Positions 9,273 through 19,851 of a stretch of DNA of 64,000 nucleotides are shown piece by piece; position 1 is the first letter of the stretch, and every line of letters starts with the position of its first letter. Both the position numbers and the translations under genes were made by a program. The stretch lies in IMG/VR virus record IMGVR_UViG_3300005289_000016, positions 1 to 64,000 of that record; one strand, written 5' to 3'. The notes beneath the pieces were generated by a model. That model searched no databases. It was not told where the DNA came from and worked only from the letters and a program-made list of their open reading frames with translations.

Positions 9273-12200
9273 CCGCTACATGAAACTGTTCGGCATCCGC
9301 AGGCTGGGTGAGTTGGAGAATCCACGAGTACGACCAATCGCACGATTCGGTTTGCCTCGTGGGTCCAACGTCCACTACATGCCTGTGAATGAAACCGAAC
9401 TGGGTCCGGCTGCTTCCAGCCAGATCATTCAGGCAGCGCAACGTCTGGTCTTCATCGACCATGTTCCTGACCTGCTCTCGAAGGAGGGTAACCCCCGCCC
9501 CACGTTCAAGCTCATCGCACCGATGATGCAGCAGTACCGTCGCGAGAACATGACCATCCGCCCAATGCGGGATTATGAAGCAGCGGCAAAAGAACCCCTG
9601 AACATGCTCGTAGTCAACTACGCCATGGTCGCGCAGATGTACAAGTACCAACGGTCGGCTCTGAGTCGCTGGTGGAACTGGCGTAACCTCAGGACCACTC
9701 AGTGGGAACGCTTCAACCAGCTCAAGACTGAACACGAGCGCCATCACATCATCCTGTTTGATGTGCCTCAGACTCTGCCTTCATTGTCTGATCTGCGTAA
9801 AGCTGAACGGGGCATGACTCCGACGCTGATGCAGGTGTTCAACAGTCGTGAGCGTCTGGATTTGCTCGACCTGTTTATCTGGTTGGGTGAGAACCGCCAG
9901 CGCACGCCGATGGGTCGTCTGGATGAGAACCGTCTGAGTGAGATCGAGCTGGTTATCCGTAAGGACACTGGTTGGATCAGCCTGAACCTCGGCCTGCTCA
10001 ACGGCTGGCGTAAGGCTGTCACTGGTGTGTCGATGGAATCGTTCGTCGAACAACCAGTGAGTGAGGACTTCGATTTCGAGGATACCTACCAGCGTTATGT
10101 TTCCATGGAAGCGGCAGGGGATGACACCCTTGATCCTGACATGGGCGTGTCGATGGAAGCTGGGCAAGGTCTCGATCCTAAGATCATGCAGGTGCGGTTC
10201 CTGAAGTTGCTCACCAAGGTCATTGACCAGACCAACCCAGTGCAAGTGATCTCTGCTCAAGAAGTCGAAGCCCAGCAACAAGTCAGGGCTGACGACGATG
10301 CAGAAGAGAAAGCTGAAGAGCAACAGCAGCAACAGCAATCGCTGAAAGAGAACGGTGCTGAAGATCTGCTCGTTGAAGAAGAGGAAGAACTGGCTGAGTC
10401 CTTGGACGCTCCAGCTACCTCCAGCAACGACGCAGAACTGACCGACGAAGACGGCGAGCTGATCGTTGAGACCGGTAACCAGCCTACCACTGAACCGATT
10501 TCACAGATCGTGGCTGATGGCGCTACCGAACACACCCTGACCAGTTCGATCCAGAACAAGATTGACGAGTTGGTGGAGAAGGACGTCCTGACGGCTGCGC
10601 AGTATCGCCGCATGCAGCGTTTGGCTGAATCGTACAAGACGATGCCAGACCCGTGGGACAAGACCAAGACTGTCGAGACCTCCTTGGAGATCAAGCAGGA
10701 AGATCTGGTCCTTCAGGAATCTGAACCGTATCCAGAAATGGAATCGGTGCGTGACAAATCGATGTTGCAGTCTACCGTCGAGAAGATGGACAGTCAGTAC
10801 ATCGAGAAGGTCATGAAGAGTGACATCTTGAACGCCGTTATGTCCGTGCAGAAAGCAGGCATTGCTGTAACGGGGTACGAGATCGAAACCGTGCAAGATG
10901 CGGTCAGTCACTACGAGATCCACAAGGTCCAACTGACTCCAGTCACCGGCAAACCTTCGACCATCTCGTTCCGTGTGCCGGTGGTTGACAAGCGGGGGTC
11001 GTACACCTCCAACGGTCAGAAGTATCGCATGCGGACTCAGAAAGCTGACGTGCCGATCCGTAAGGTCTCGCCAATCCGCGTTGCCCTGACATCGTACTAC
11101 AGCAAGCTGTTCATCGAGCGCTCGCAGCGTGCTGTGTTCAACTACGACAACTGGATCGCCAAGCAGATCATCGCTAAAGGCATGGATCTGGCTGACACCT
11201 CCATCACCAACGTGAAGATCGCTAACGTAGCGAACTTTGAACTCGACCTGCCGACAGTCTACACGATCATCGGTACCCGAGTGATGAGCTTCGAGGCTAA
11301 CGGCCATTACTGGTTCGACTACAAGAACCGGGAGCGCAGTCGCCTGTTCGACATGAAGCTGGTGGAATCCCTTGAAGCTGAACACAAGGGAATGATCGTC
11401 GTAGGTCGTCGTGCTCAACGTTACATCATGGTGGATCGTGAGAACGCGTTCTATTTGATCGACAACAAGAACGGCCAAGTCAGTGAGTTGGGTCAGATCG
11501 AAGACATCCTTGGTTTGAACAAGGACAAGTCGCCGGTCTCCATGGCCGAGATCAGTATCTTCGGCAAGACCATGCCTGTCGGTATCGCCTTGGCGTACTT
11601 GGTAGGTTTGGATAACCTGCTGACCATGACCGGTGTCAAGTTCCGTGCTGTGCCTCTGGGTACACGGGTGCAGATGTCGGACGATGAGTACGCGATCAAG
11701 TTCCTCGATGAAACCTTGGTCATGGACAAGTCGGATGTGAAGAACAGCATGATCTTTGCTGGCTTCCTCCACTACCATAAAGCGATCCGTCAGTTCTCGC
11801 GTCACAGTTTCAACGGCAAGGACGTGTACTTCAACATCCTTGAAGCCAACGGCATCGGTTTGCGCTACCTGCGTGAACTCGACCTCATGAATGCCATGTG
11901 GGTCGACCCGATCACCAAAGGCGTCCTGGAATGGATGAAAGAGCCAACGGAATTCATCCCACTGTTGCAACGTGCGGTGGAAATGTTGGTAACTCGCCAT
12001 GTGCCCAATAAGGTTGAGGGTGCTGATGGGTTGGTGGAAGGTCAAGAACGTGCGAAGGGCTACGAACGTATCCCAGGCGCTATCTACGCCGAGATGGTCC
12101 GGTCTATCCGGGTCTACAACTCGCGTCAAGGTGGTCCGACCTCGCAAGTGACCATGAAGCCTCACGAAGTCTGGACCAACATCGTACAAGACCCGGCCTC

Positions 12201-13641
12201 GGCGATTGTCGATGACATCAACCCGATCCAAAACCTCAAGCAGAAAGAGATCATCACTTACGGTGGCCGTGGTGGCCGCAGTGGGCGGTCGATGACTGCT
12301 GAGGCGCGTCTGTATAAGGAATCCGACATCGGGTTCATCTCGGAATCCACCGTGGACTCCGGGGACGTGGCGGTCATTACCTACATGTCTCCAAACGCGA
12401 ACATCACCAGTGTGCGCGGTACGGTGCGGGCTTACGATAAAGAGAAGGACGGTGCAGCTAACATCGTATCGACCTCCGCCCTGATCAGTCCGTTTGCAGA
12501 CCGAGACGACCCTAAGCGGGTGAACTTCATTGGTATCCAGCAATCTCACGTAATCTCCGCTGACGGTTATCGTGAGTCTCCAATCTCCACCGGCTATGAC
12601 CACGTGTTGGCCCACCGTGTTGATGAGATCTTTGCTGTCCCGGCTACCAAAGCGGGTGAAGTCATTGAACGCACTGACAACCACATTGTGATTGCGTACG
12701 AAGACGGTACCTTCGAGCATCTGGATCTGACCACCCAGTACGGCATCTCCGCTGGTTCGGTCTACCCGCAGAAGCAAGACTCCACCTTCCAGTTGGGTGA
12801 CAAAGTCAAGCCAGGCGACATCTTGAAATTCAACTCGGGCTTCTTTAAGCCGAGCCGGTTCGAACCACGTCAAGTGCAGTGGAAGGCTGGGGTGATTGCG
12901 CGTACGGCTCTGATGGAAGCGTCCTACACGCTGGAAGACTCCTCGGCAATCGATGATTGGTTGGCGGGTCAGCTGGGTTCGGAAGTCACCAAAGTCAAGA
13001 CCATCGTCGTGCAATTCGGGCAGCACCTGCGTAACCTGGTAAAACCGGGCGACCACACGGACATCTCGAGTATTCTATGCACGATTGAAGATGCTGTAAC
13101 GGCGGAAGCTGGACTGTTCTCGGACGAAGACCTTGAAACCCTTCGCAAGATGGGCTCGGCGGCACCACTGGCTGGTGCGGTTGGCGAAGTCTCGAAGATC
13201 GAGGTGTTCTACCACGGTGACCCGGACGACATGTCGGACTCGCTGTTGGAGCTGGTTACTGCCCACGACAAAGAACGTCGTAAGGTGGCCAAACGTCTCG
13301 GCAAACCGGTTGTCACAGGTCAGGTCGACCAATCCCTTCGTATCGACGGGAACGGTCTGGAACTCGATCACGTTGCGATCAAAGTCTACATCACTCACCG
13401 TGAAGGCATGGGTGTCGGTGACAAGGCAGTGTTCTGTAACCAGATGAAGACAGTAGTTGGTCATCGCTTGAGCGGTGTCAATGAAACCAAGTCGGGTTCT
13501 CGGATCAATGCCGTCTTCGGCGCCAAGTCGGTAATGGACCGGATTGTATCCTCGGCCCTGCTGATTGGCATGTCCATCTCTGTCCAACGCGCCATCGGCG
13601 AGAAGGCAGCAGAGATGTGGATGAGCAACGATACCAAGTAG
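9250..13641 (+). CDS. Virion RNA polymerase beta subunit (phiKZ gp178-like)
   Basis: 1463 aa with beta-subunit motifs DDPKRVNFIGIQQSH, EDSSAI and GVGDKAVFCNQMK; overlaps the beta' gene. Confidence 0.9.
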   Translation: MAVMFLYDRYMKLFGIRRLGELENPRVRPIARFGLPRGSNVHYMPVNETELGPAASSQIIQAAQRLVFIDHVPDLLSKEGNPRPTFKLIAPMMQQYRRENMTIRPMRDYEAAAKEPLNMLVVNYAMVAQMYKYQRSALSRWWNWRNLRTTQWERFNQLKTEHERHHIILFDVPQTLPSLSDLRKAERGMTPTLMQVFNSRERLDLLDLFIWLGENRQRTPMGRLDENRLSEIELVIRKDTGWISLNLGLLNGWRKAVTGVSMESFVEQPVSEDFDFEDTYQRYVSMEAAGDDTLDPDMGVSMEAGQGLDPKIMQVRFLKLLTKVIDQTNPVQVISAQEVEAQQQVRADDDAEEKAEEQQQQQQSLKENGAEDLLVEEEEELAESLDAPATSSNDAELTDEDGELIVETGNQPTTEPISQIVADGATEHTLTSSIQNKIDELVEKDVLTAAQYRRMQRLAESYKTMPDPWDKTKTVETSLEIKQEDLVLQESEPYPEMESVRDKSMLQSTVEKMDSQYIEKVMKSDILNAVMSVQKAGIAVTGYEIETVQDAVSHYEIHKVQLTPVTGKPSTISFRVPVVDKRGSYTSNGQKYRMRTQKADVPIRKVSPIRVALTSYYSKLFIERSQRAVFNYDNWIAKQIIAKGMDLADTSITNVKIANVANFELDLPTVYTIIGTRVMSFEANGHYWFDYKNRERSRLFDMKLVESLEAEHKGMIVVGRRAQRYIMVDRENAFYLIDNKNGQVSELGQIEDILGLNKDKSPVSMAEISIFGKTMPVGIALAYLVGLDNLLTMTGVKFRAVPLGTRVQMSDDEYAIKFLDETLVMDKSDVKNSMIFAGFLHYHKAIRQFSRHSFNGKDVYFNILEANGIGLRYLRELDLMNAMWVDPITKGVLEWMKEPTEFIPLLQRAVEMLVTRHVPNKVEGADGLVEGQERAKGYERIPGAIYAEMVRSIRVYNSRQGGPTSQVTMKPHEVWTNIVQDPASAIVDDINPIQNLKQKEIITYGGRGGRSGRSMTAEARLYKESDIGFISESTVDSGDVAVITYMSPNANITSVRGTVRAYDKEKDGAANIVSTSALISPFADRDDPKRVNFIGIQQSHVISADGYRESPISTGYDHVLAHRVDEIFAVPATKAGEVIERTDNHIVIAYEDGTFEHLDLTTQYGISAGSVYPQKQDSTFQLGDKVKPGDILKFNSGFFKPSRFEPRQVQWKAGVIARTALMEASYTLEDSSAIDDWLAGQLGSEVTKVKTIVVQFGQHLRNLVKPGDHTDISSILCTIEDAVTAEAGLFSDEDLETLRKMGSAAPLAGAVGEVSKIEVFYHGDPDDMSDSLLELVTAHDKERRKVAKRLGKPVVTGQVDQSLRIDGNGLELDHVAIKVYITHREGMGVGDKAVFCNQMKTVVGHRLSGVNETKSGSRINAVFGAKSVMDRIVSSALLIGMSISVQRAIGEKAAEMWMSNDTK

Positions 13642-13646
13642 TCGAA

Positions 13647-13680
13647 GTCCGGGGGCTCTAGGGCTCCCGGACCTTCCTTT
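13647..13680 (+). terminator. Hairpin terminator after the vRNAP beta gene
   Basis: GTCCGGGGGCTCTAGGGCTCCCGGAC stem-loop followed by CTTCCTTT. Confidence 0.55.
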
Positions 13681-13712
13681 ACAGCGCGTCAGAAATTTAC
13701 AGGAACTTGCTC

Positions 13713-13901
13713 ATGAGCACTACTTTCGACAACCTCGCGCTTGTCGCGAATGCCATCGACCTCTCGGTTGAGATCGTGGCCAACGTGGCGGGAAACCAGA
13801 TCTCCAGTTATCTGGAAGGCGCCCCGCTGAACGACCGTACCATCGCGGCCATCGCGGCTGCCGACATCAACAACGTCATCGAGGGTCGCGAGAATGCTTA
13901 A
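13713..13901 (+). CDS. Small putative head protein (SPN3US gp242-like position)
   Basis: AGGA RBS, phage-typical codon usage, 8 nt overlap with the next ATG; assignment by synteny. Confidence 0.6.
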   Translation: MSTTFDNLALVANAIDLSVEIVANVAGNQISSYLEGAPLNDRTIAAIAAADINNVIEGRENA

Positions 13902-15246
13902 CCGGATCGCCATCGATGCAGCATTCCCAGTCGCACAGCGTCTGGAAGAGCGCGGGCTCCGTCTGCTGCCGGCCCAGAACAGCCCCCTGATGTCGTTGAC
14001 CTTGTCGGTCGACAACACACTGGTGGACAACAGCCTGGCTGAAAACACCGACATCGTCAGCGTGCTGCAATCGCGTGCTGGTGGTGATGCTCACCGCGTT
14101 GCCAAGGCCGACATCATCCGTCTGGCCTCTGCTTCCGTTTCTCGTCTGCATGACATCTCCCGCAACCAAGTCCTGCCTGCTATTAAAGAGCTGGCTGGCA
14201 AGGTGCAAGAGTACGTCAACGCACGTCGTCTCGAAGCTTCCCTGCCTTACTCCGTAGTGATGAAAGAAATCCCTGCGGTGTTCAGCAACCCTGCCCTGCG
14301 TCAACTGGCAGAACGTTACCCGAACCCGTCGCAGATGGATTACATCGCCCGTAACTTGGCGCCTGTTACTCTGGAGCGCGTCAAGGAACTCGTCAAGACC
14401 GGCATGGCTGGTTTCGACAGTGAACTGGACCTGTGCCTCAGCCTGCGTAACGATGAAGGCTACGCTGCGGTCATGGACGTGCTGTCGGCCAAGGCCAACG
14501 TGAACGGCATCAATCAGGATTACCTCCCGGGTGTTCTGGTTGCCGCTCAAGCGATCTACGACGAACCAGAGCCGGGTGTGAACCTGACCTTGGTCGAGTA
14601 CAACGACAATGTGAACCGCCTGCTGGGCCGTACTGCTCAACTGCTGCGCGGTGCCATGCTGCGTTATGCTGAGACTGAAAAGCTCGGCATCCTGTACAGC
14701 GCTGACGGTCGTAACTCCCTGACCCAGATCGTGGTCATGGGCAAGACCTACCGCGCCATGCTGGAAAAGGGTTTGACCCCTGAGGCCTTGATCGGTAACG
14801 AAATGGCTGCACGCCGTTTCACTCAAGGTCAACTGATCGAGAACAAAACCATTCTCGAAACCATCTACAACCGCGAAATGAACATGCAAGCTGTCAAGGT
14901 GCAAACCCAGATGGCCAGCATCGTTCGTGATGCACTGCGCGGTGTGATTGGTACCGAGTTGGCTGCTCGTGACATGGGCGAAGAAGCTGTCGATGCCAAC
15001 AAGCGTCTGGTCGAGCTGACTGGCAAAGTCAATGCGGCGAACTGCGATGACCTGAACACTCTGGTCACCGAGATCGTGTGCGAAGTGTTCTACCCACGTA
15101 CCGATGCTCTGACGTTCATTCGTCTGATGAACCGCGTTGGCAGCACTCTGGCAGCGGACACCGATCCGCGCGAAGTGGCGCTGATGGCGACCATCAAGTA
15201 CGTGAACTTCTGGCTGTGCCGTCAACTCGGCTTGGCCCAGGCCTAA
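13894..15246 (+). CDS. Virion head protein (phiKZ gp177-like)
   Basis: 450 aa with strong codon bias; sits between the gp178-like and gp176-like genes. Confidence 0.65.
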   Translation: MLNRIAIDAAFPVAQRLEERGLRLLPAQNSPLMSLTLSVDNTLVDNSLAENTDIVSVLQSRAGGDAHRVAKADIIRLASASVSRLHDISRNQVLPAIKELAGKVQEYVNARRLEASLPYSVVMKEIPAVFSNPALRQLAERYPNPSQMDYIARNLAPVTLERVKELVKTGMAGFDSELDLCLSLRNDEGYAAVMDVLSAKANVNGINQDYLPGVLVAAQAIYDEPEPGVNLTLVEYNDNVNRLLGRTAQLLRGAMLRYAETEKLGILYSADGRNSLTQIVVMGKTYRAMLEKGLTPEALIGNEMAARRFTQGQLIENKTILETIYNREMNMQAVKVQTQMASIVRDALRGVIGTELAARDMGEEAVDANKRLVELTGKVNAANCDDLNTLVTEIVCEVFYPRTDALTFIRLMNRVGSTLAADTDPREVALMATIKYVNFWLCRQLGLAQA

Positions 15247-15297
15247 CACCATCATCTGCTGGAGGGGTGACCCTCCAGCTATCATCGAGAGTTCGCT

Positions 15298-16029
15298 ATG
15301 AGTATCAAATCGAGTAAGTTCACCCGAGACGCAGCCCGTGTCCACAAAGCCTGGGAGAAGACCGCCGATGGTGCAATGGTGGCGCTCAAGCCGTTGAAGG
15401 TGTACATTCCCTCTCGGTTCCCTCAGCGCGATCTGGCCACGTTCGAAGATGAGATCACGTTCGTTGGTATCTGTGCAGTTGTGCTGGACGATCAGTACTA
15501 CATGGCGTCCCGTATCTGCGCACCCATCCGTTCCGAACCCACGCTAGTGAACACCGCCGTCATCGACGATGTCGAGTACATCGAAATGCACTATGAACCC
15601 GGTGATCGGGTGATCGTGACTGATGAACTGGTGATGATCGACAACCTGCTTTATCGGATCTACGACGAGATCATTGCAAAGGGACGCGTGCCTTGGTACG
15701 TCCTTTACCCTGAACTCGGTGGGATCTTCCAAACCTCGCTGAAACATGCGGGCGTTCGGGTAGGTAAGACCCCGACGGTGATGGAAATCATTGCCAGCGT
15801 TATCTGCCGTGATACTGGCGACCTGCGTCGCTACTATCGTCAAATGGTAGAAACCTACGAAGACATCCGGTATACACCGCCGACCATCATCCCGCTTCGT
15901 AACGTGAGTTACGGTGCGACCAACACCATCGCAAAGTTAACCGGTTCCCGCTTCGACGAAGGCATGACCTCCGCCATCGTCAACCCTGGCGATCGCGTAG
16001 AGCGGACCGAGATGGTACTCCGAACGTAA
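15298..16029 (+). CDS. phiKZ gp176-like protein, probable vRNAP beta' C-terminal subunit
   Basis: 243 aa. C-terminal PLRNVSYGATNTIAKLTGSRFDEG resembles the beta' clamp C-terminus; directly upstream of the protease. Confidence 0.65.
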   Translation: MSIKSSKFTRDAARVHKAWEKTADGAMVALKPLKVYIPSRFPQRDLATFEDEITFVGICAVVLDDQYYMASRICAPIRSEPTLVNTAVIDDVEYIEMHYEPGDRVIVTDELVMIDNLLYRIYDEIIAKGRVPWYVLYPELGGIFQTSLKHAGVRVGKTPTVMEIIASVICRDTGDLRRYYRQMVETYEDIRYTPPTIIPLRNVSYGATNTIAKLTGSRFDEGMTSAIVNPGDRVERTEMVLRT

Positions 16030-16039
16030 GGATTCCGCC

Positions 16040-16840
16040 ATGGATCAAAGAATCATTTATCAATGTAACGTGTTGAAGGGCATCAATAAGGTTGGGGACC
16101 TGAAGAAGCTCGACAACGGTTACTACGAAGTGCGCCTTGGTGCACTCGGTGCGTACAACGAAGCTGGTTGGCTCTACAATGAGCGCGAAGGTCGTCAACT
16201 GATGGAAGGCTCTGCCGGCCTGATGCGGATGATCAACCAGAACAACGCCCTGCGTGGCGAGAACGGTCACCCGCGCTTCCAAGCCGGTATGAACCAGCTC
16301 CAGTGGTTCGGTCGTGTGAACGATATCTTCGAACCTAACGTCTGCTTCCACATGCGTCGTCTGATGCTCGATCCTGCCAAGGACGAACGTGGTCGCAGCA
16401 TCTCCATGGTGCTCGGTGAAGTCCGTGCATCGGGTAAAGAGAGCGCTTGGTTTGACCGTCAGTTGGAGAACCGTGACGAAAACGTCTGCTTCTCCATCCG
16501 GTCATTTACCGAAGACAAGATCGTCGGTGGCGTCAAGACCAAGTTCCTGAAGAAGATCGTGACGTGGGACACTGTGAACGAGCCGGGCATCCGTAACTCG
16601 TCCAAGTACGCCACGCCGTCGCTGGAATCGGCTCCTGAAGCTGGCAGCGGCTTGATCGCCCTGCCTGAAGCTGAACTGGAAACCGTCTTCTACGCCGATG
16701 CCCTGCGTAAAGAAGCCATGGCCAACCCAGTTGGTGTTGGTGCAGGCGTGGGCTTTGAGTCCGGCGCGAACATGATGTCGCTCATTGCTGAAATCGAACG
16801 ACCAATCAAGGTCTACGTGCCCAGCTCCTGGAGGTGGTAA
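16040..16840 (+). CDS. Prohead protease (phiKZ gp175-like)
   Basis: LRGENGHP, NVCFH, CFSIRS and WDTVNEPGI motifs; C-terminal S-L-E and G-F-E candidate autocleavage sites. Confidence 0.85.
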   Translation: MDQRIIYQCNVLKGINKVGDLKKLDNGYYEVRLGALGAYNEAGWLYNEREGRQLMEGSAGLMRMINQNNALRGENGHPRFQAGMNQLQWFGRVNDIFEPNVCFHMRRLMLDPAKDERGRSISMVLGEVRASGKESAWFDRQLENRDENVCFSIRSFTEDKIVGGVKTKFLKKIVTWDTVNEPGIRNSSKYATPSLESAPEAGSGLIALPEAELETVFYADALRKEAMANPVGVGAGVGFESGANMMSLIAEIERPIKVYVPSSWRW

Positions 16841-18133
16841 ATGCAAGACACCATCAACGAAGCGTTGGTGGGGGCTGTTGAGCGGATGGAGTCAGAAGCA
16901 TCTCTGGCTCCAGCGCTTTCGGTTATTTCCGACATGGCAGACGTTGCCGACAGTCGCATGGTGCTTGAGCAATGCGTAGAGCAGCTCACCATGGCAGACG
17001 GCTCGGTGGTGGATGTCTTGGAGGCTGAACAGTCCTACTTGGACTGGCGTGCTACTCACCACGATGTGGTCCGTGGCCGTGCTCAGACTGGCGATGCGCT
17101 GGTTGATGAGATTCGTGTCACCATGGAAATGCTGAACAACCCCTCCATGGAATCCGATTTGGTGCAACAGCTCAAGCGCACCTTTGGTTCCATGACGCTG
17201 ACCCTGAAGACCTTTGGTAAGGATCTGATCGACATCAAGTCGAAGATCAGCCAGAACAAGGACACCATTGCAGCTTCGCCTGTCTTGCTCGATTCGGCAG
17301 CGGCTTACGCATTCTTGACCCGGGACAACAAACCGGTCAAGTTGGTAGGTTCGATTGACGAGGACCTCAAGTTCATCGACGCAGCGATGGCGCACTATCA
17401 GCGTCTGTTCAACACGTCCACTGACCTGTCCAAGCGTTTCCGTGAAGCGTGCAGTCAGGACGATGACGGTGCAATCCGGGAAGCTGTCGACTATTTCGAC
17501 GAGCACCTGATTGACCGCACTGAGTTCGAAGACCTGACAGGTTTCCATCTGCTGGGCAATCGTACCGTTTACTTGGACAAACGTGGCTTCCCACAGTTCA
17601 AGAAAGACGGCAGTCCTTGGAAGTTCACCAACAAGGACACTGACGAGAATGGTCTCAAAACCAAACTCGCCAAGAAACAGATCCATGGCTTCACCATTGG
17701 CGGGCCTTTGAAGGCAGTCACCGGTGTGGTCGGTATGAACGACGTTGCTGCTAAGCGGCAAGTGTTGGCCCAAGTCAAGTCGACTGGCGGTGAGACGGAT
17801 GTGAGTGGCTTCCTTGGTGTGGTTGACAAGGCGATCAACCTCAACAATCAGACCGTCAAGTTTGCACAGATGGCGGCAACCATGTCCGAGCGTATTGAAC
17901 GCTTGATGGGCGACATGGACGATTCGTACCGTTTCGTGAATACCGAGAAATCCGTCGACGATAACGTCGTCCGATTGAGGACTCTGCGTGCCCTTTACCG
18001 CTCGGCTCGCCGTAGCGTGTCGCAGTACATGTTCCTGGGCAAAGCCATCGCTACGGTGATGGAGGACCATGCGTCCTACGTGTACCGCAACATCACCATC
18101 ATCTCCAACGAAGTCCTCAAGAAATCCAAGTAA
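16841..18133 (+). CDS. Putative internal head protein with an acidic propeptide
   Basis: Acidic N-terminal ~100 aa ending PSME; abuts the protease stop codon. Confidence 0.55.
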   Translation: MQDTINEALVGAVERMESEASLAPALSVISDMADVADSRMVLEQCVEQLTMADGSVVDVLEAEQSYLDWRATHHDVVRGRAQTGDALVDEIRVTMEMLNNPSMESDLVQQLKRTFGSMTLTLKTFGKDLIDIKSKISQNKDTIAASPVLLDSAAAYAFLTRDNKPVKLVGSIDEDLKFIDAAMAHYQRLFNTSTDLSKRFREACSQDDDGAIREAVDYFDEHLIDRTEFEDLTGFHLLGNRTVYLDKRGFPQFKKDGSPWKFTNKDTDENGLKTKLAKKQIHGFTIGGPLKAVTGVVGMNDVAAKRQVLAQVKSTGGETDVSGFLGVVDKAINLNNQTVKFAQMAATMSERIERLMGDMDDSYRFVNTEKSVDDNVVRLRTLRALYRSARRSVSQYMFLGKAIATVMEDHASYVYRNITIISNEVLKKSK

Positions 18134-18143
18134 GGAAAGTCCC

Positions 18144-19394
18144 ATGAAGAACTCGGTTCTTACCGCTGCCCTGAAAGTGTCTCAGGAAAGCGCCGAAGAC
18201 GGCGAAGCGTTGCTGGATCAGCTGCGCAGTGAAAGCACCCCGGTCAACGCCGACAACTACGTCGAAGACCGTCTGGAAATCGAACAGGACATGTCGACCC
18301 TGGAAGAAACCGTCGTTCAGCTCGAAGGTGGCGATGAAACCGTCAGCCAAGAAGCCCTGGACAGCGCTGCTCAACTGGTTTCGGCTGTCATGGGTCGCTA
18401 CGGCATTACCGTCAACACCGCGTCGCTGGAATCGGCTGACAACAGCGGCCGTGCCAAAGAACTGGCTACCCAGATCCGTGGCATCAATGCTTCCCTGGAA
18501 GGTCACCTGACCGTCGCAATGGAAAGCTACTCCATTACCGACCTGTGGGACAAGATCGGCCTGCTGAACCGTGAAGTCCCAGACCTGAAGGACAACGTCG
18601 CTGTCCTGAAGAACTACGCGTCCCAGAATGCCAAGTTGGCCATCACTCCAGCCTTCGGTCGTTCGCTGATCTACGCCTTCCGCGTCGATGGTTCCGTGCC
18701 GGACAACATTCCGAAAGCTGCCGACGACACTGCGGGCATCATCGGTGATCTGATCAAGTTCGGTACCAAGCTGGTTGACGACAGCAAGAAAGCTGCTGAC
18801 ATCGCCATGCGTGTTGACTGGAAAGATCAGGATGCTGCTGATAAAGCCATCAGCCAAATCAACGGTATCAACCCAGGTATCAACGAAGTGTACCGTCGTT
18901 TCGACGAAACCTTCACCATGGGTAACCGTCGTCTGAACGTGAAGAAGTTCGACATCAAGAACGCACCTCAAGGCCTGGGCAACTGGTCCACTGGTGGCTC
19001 GCTGAACGTGAGCTGGCCGAAAGCTGCCCTGCTGGACTTCGTCTTCGACCCAAGCGTCGTGACGGTGGTTCAGGGCGGTCGTAAGCGTGTCGTCAAGGTA
19101 GAAGAGCTGATCGGCGCTCTGGACAAGTTCCTGGCTGCTGCAACCGCTACCCAGCAAATGCGTTCCAACTCGCCGAAGAAGTGGACCGAGCACAAGCAGC
19201 TGGCAGTGCGCATGAAGAAAGACGTGTCGGGTTCTGCTGATGCTAAAGGCGTACAACGCGCTATCATCGAGACCTCCCGTCTGGGCTGGCAGTGCCTGAA
19301 CGGCGCTGTGACTGTTCTGTACTACATCATCCGTGAGATCAACCTCGCGGCTGAGCGCGTTGCTAAAGACGCGAAGAAGAACAACCGTTCGTAA
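18144..19394 (+). CDS. Putative internal head/ejection protein with multiple S/A-x-E sites
   Basis: AAGGA RBS; SQE, SQE, SLE, SLE and AME sites in an acidic N-terminal region; strong codon bias. Confidence 0.65.
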   Translation: MKNSVLTAALKVSQESAEDGEALLDQLRSESTPVNADNYVEDRLEIEQDMSTLEETVVQLEGGDETVSQEALDSAAQLVSAVMGRYGITVNTASLESADNSGRAKELATQIRGINASLEGHLTVAMESYSITDLWDKIGLLNREVPDLKDNVAVLKNYASQNAKLAITPAFGRSLIYAFRVDGSVPDNIPKAADDTAGIIGDLIKFGTKLVDDSKKAADIAMRVDWKDQDAADKAISQINGINPGINEVYRRFDETFTMGNRRLNVKKFDIKNAPQGLGNWSTGGSLNVSWPKAALLDFVFDPSVVTVVQGGRKRVVKVEELIGALDKFLAAATATQQMRSNSPKKWTEHKQLAVRMKKDVSGSADAKGVQRAIIETSRLGWQCLNGAVTVLYYIIREINLAAERVAKDAKKNNRS

Positions 19395-19401
19395 CGGCTG
19401 A

Positions 19402-19435
19402 GCATAGAGAGGAGCCCTAGGGCTCCTCTCTATGC
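19402..19435. terminator. GCATA...TATGC hairpin terminator
   Basis: Perfect palindrome GCATAGAGAGGAGCCCTAGGGCTCCTCTCTATGC after the stop at 19394. Confidence 0.7.
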
Positions 19436-19448
19436 CGTATGTAAATGC

Positions 19449-19486
19449 GATTCGAATATTTTTCAACCACACATGATTCAGGTGAG
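19449..19486 (+). promoter_or_regulatory. Putative early (vRNAP) promoter
   Basis: GATTCGAATATTTTTCAACCACACATGATTCAGGTGAG; matches the motif found at seven other intergenic sites. Confidence 0.65.
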
Positions 19487-19532
19487 ATCCAAGCAATAAC
19501 CTTACCTTACCCAGTCCTTAGGAGGACACACC

Positions 19533-19814
19533 ATGCAACATGACATCGTTGAGTTGCTGGACTTCATCAAATACGCCAAAGAGAACTTTGGTAGTGATGA
19601 AAGCGCCAAGCATTACTTCGTCCGTACGGAACGGGTAGATGCGTTCGGCAAACCTTATCGTGAAGATAAGGTGAAGTTCGAGTGTGTCTTGATTCTCGGC
19701 TGGGTCACTGGGACCAAGATCGAGATCAAGGTCGTCGGCCTTAATGACGACGTCCAGTTCCAGCGAGAGTTCATCGCCGGGGTAATTGACGCTCACAAGA
19801 AAGAGAGTGCATAA
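19533..19814 (+). CDS. Hypothetical early protein
   Basis: AGGAGG RBS; 93 aa; first gene after the promoter motif. Confidence 0.7.
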   Translation: MQHDIVELLDFIKYAKENFGSDESAKHYFVRTERVDAFGKPYREDKVKFECVLILGWVTGTKIEIKVVGLNDDVQFQREFIAGVIDAHKKESA

Positions 19815-19851
19815 CGCTCTCTTTCACCTAACCTTACTCTTGGAGAGTACG

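Noticed and set aside
10501-13056. 851 aa minus-strand ORF
   Set aside because: Shadow of the vRNAP beta gene, with the V/H/D/R-rich composition typical of antisense frames.
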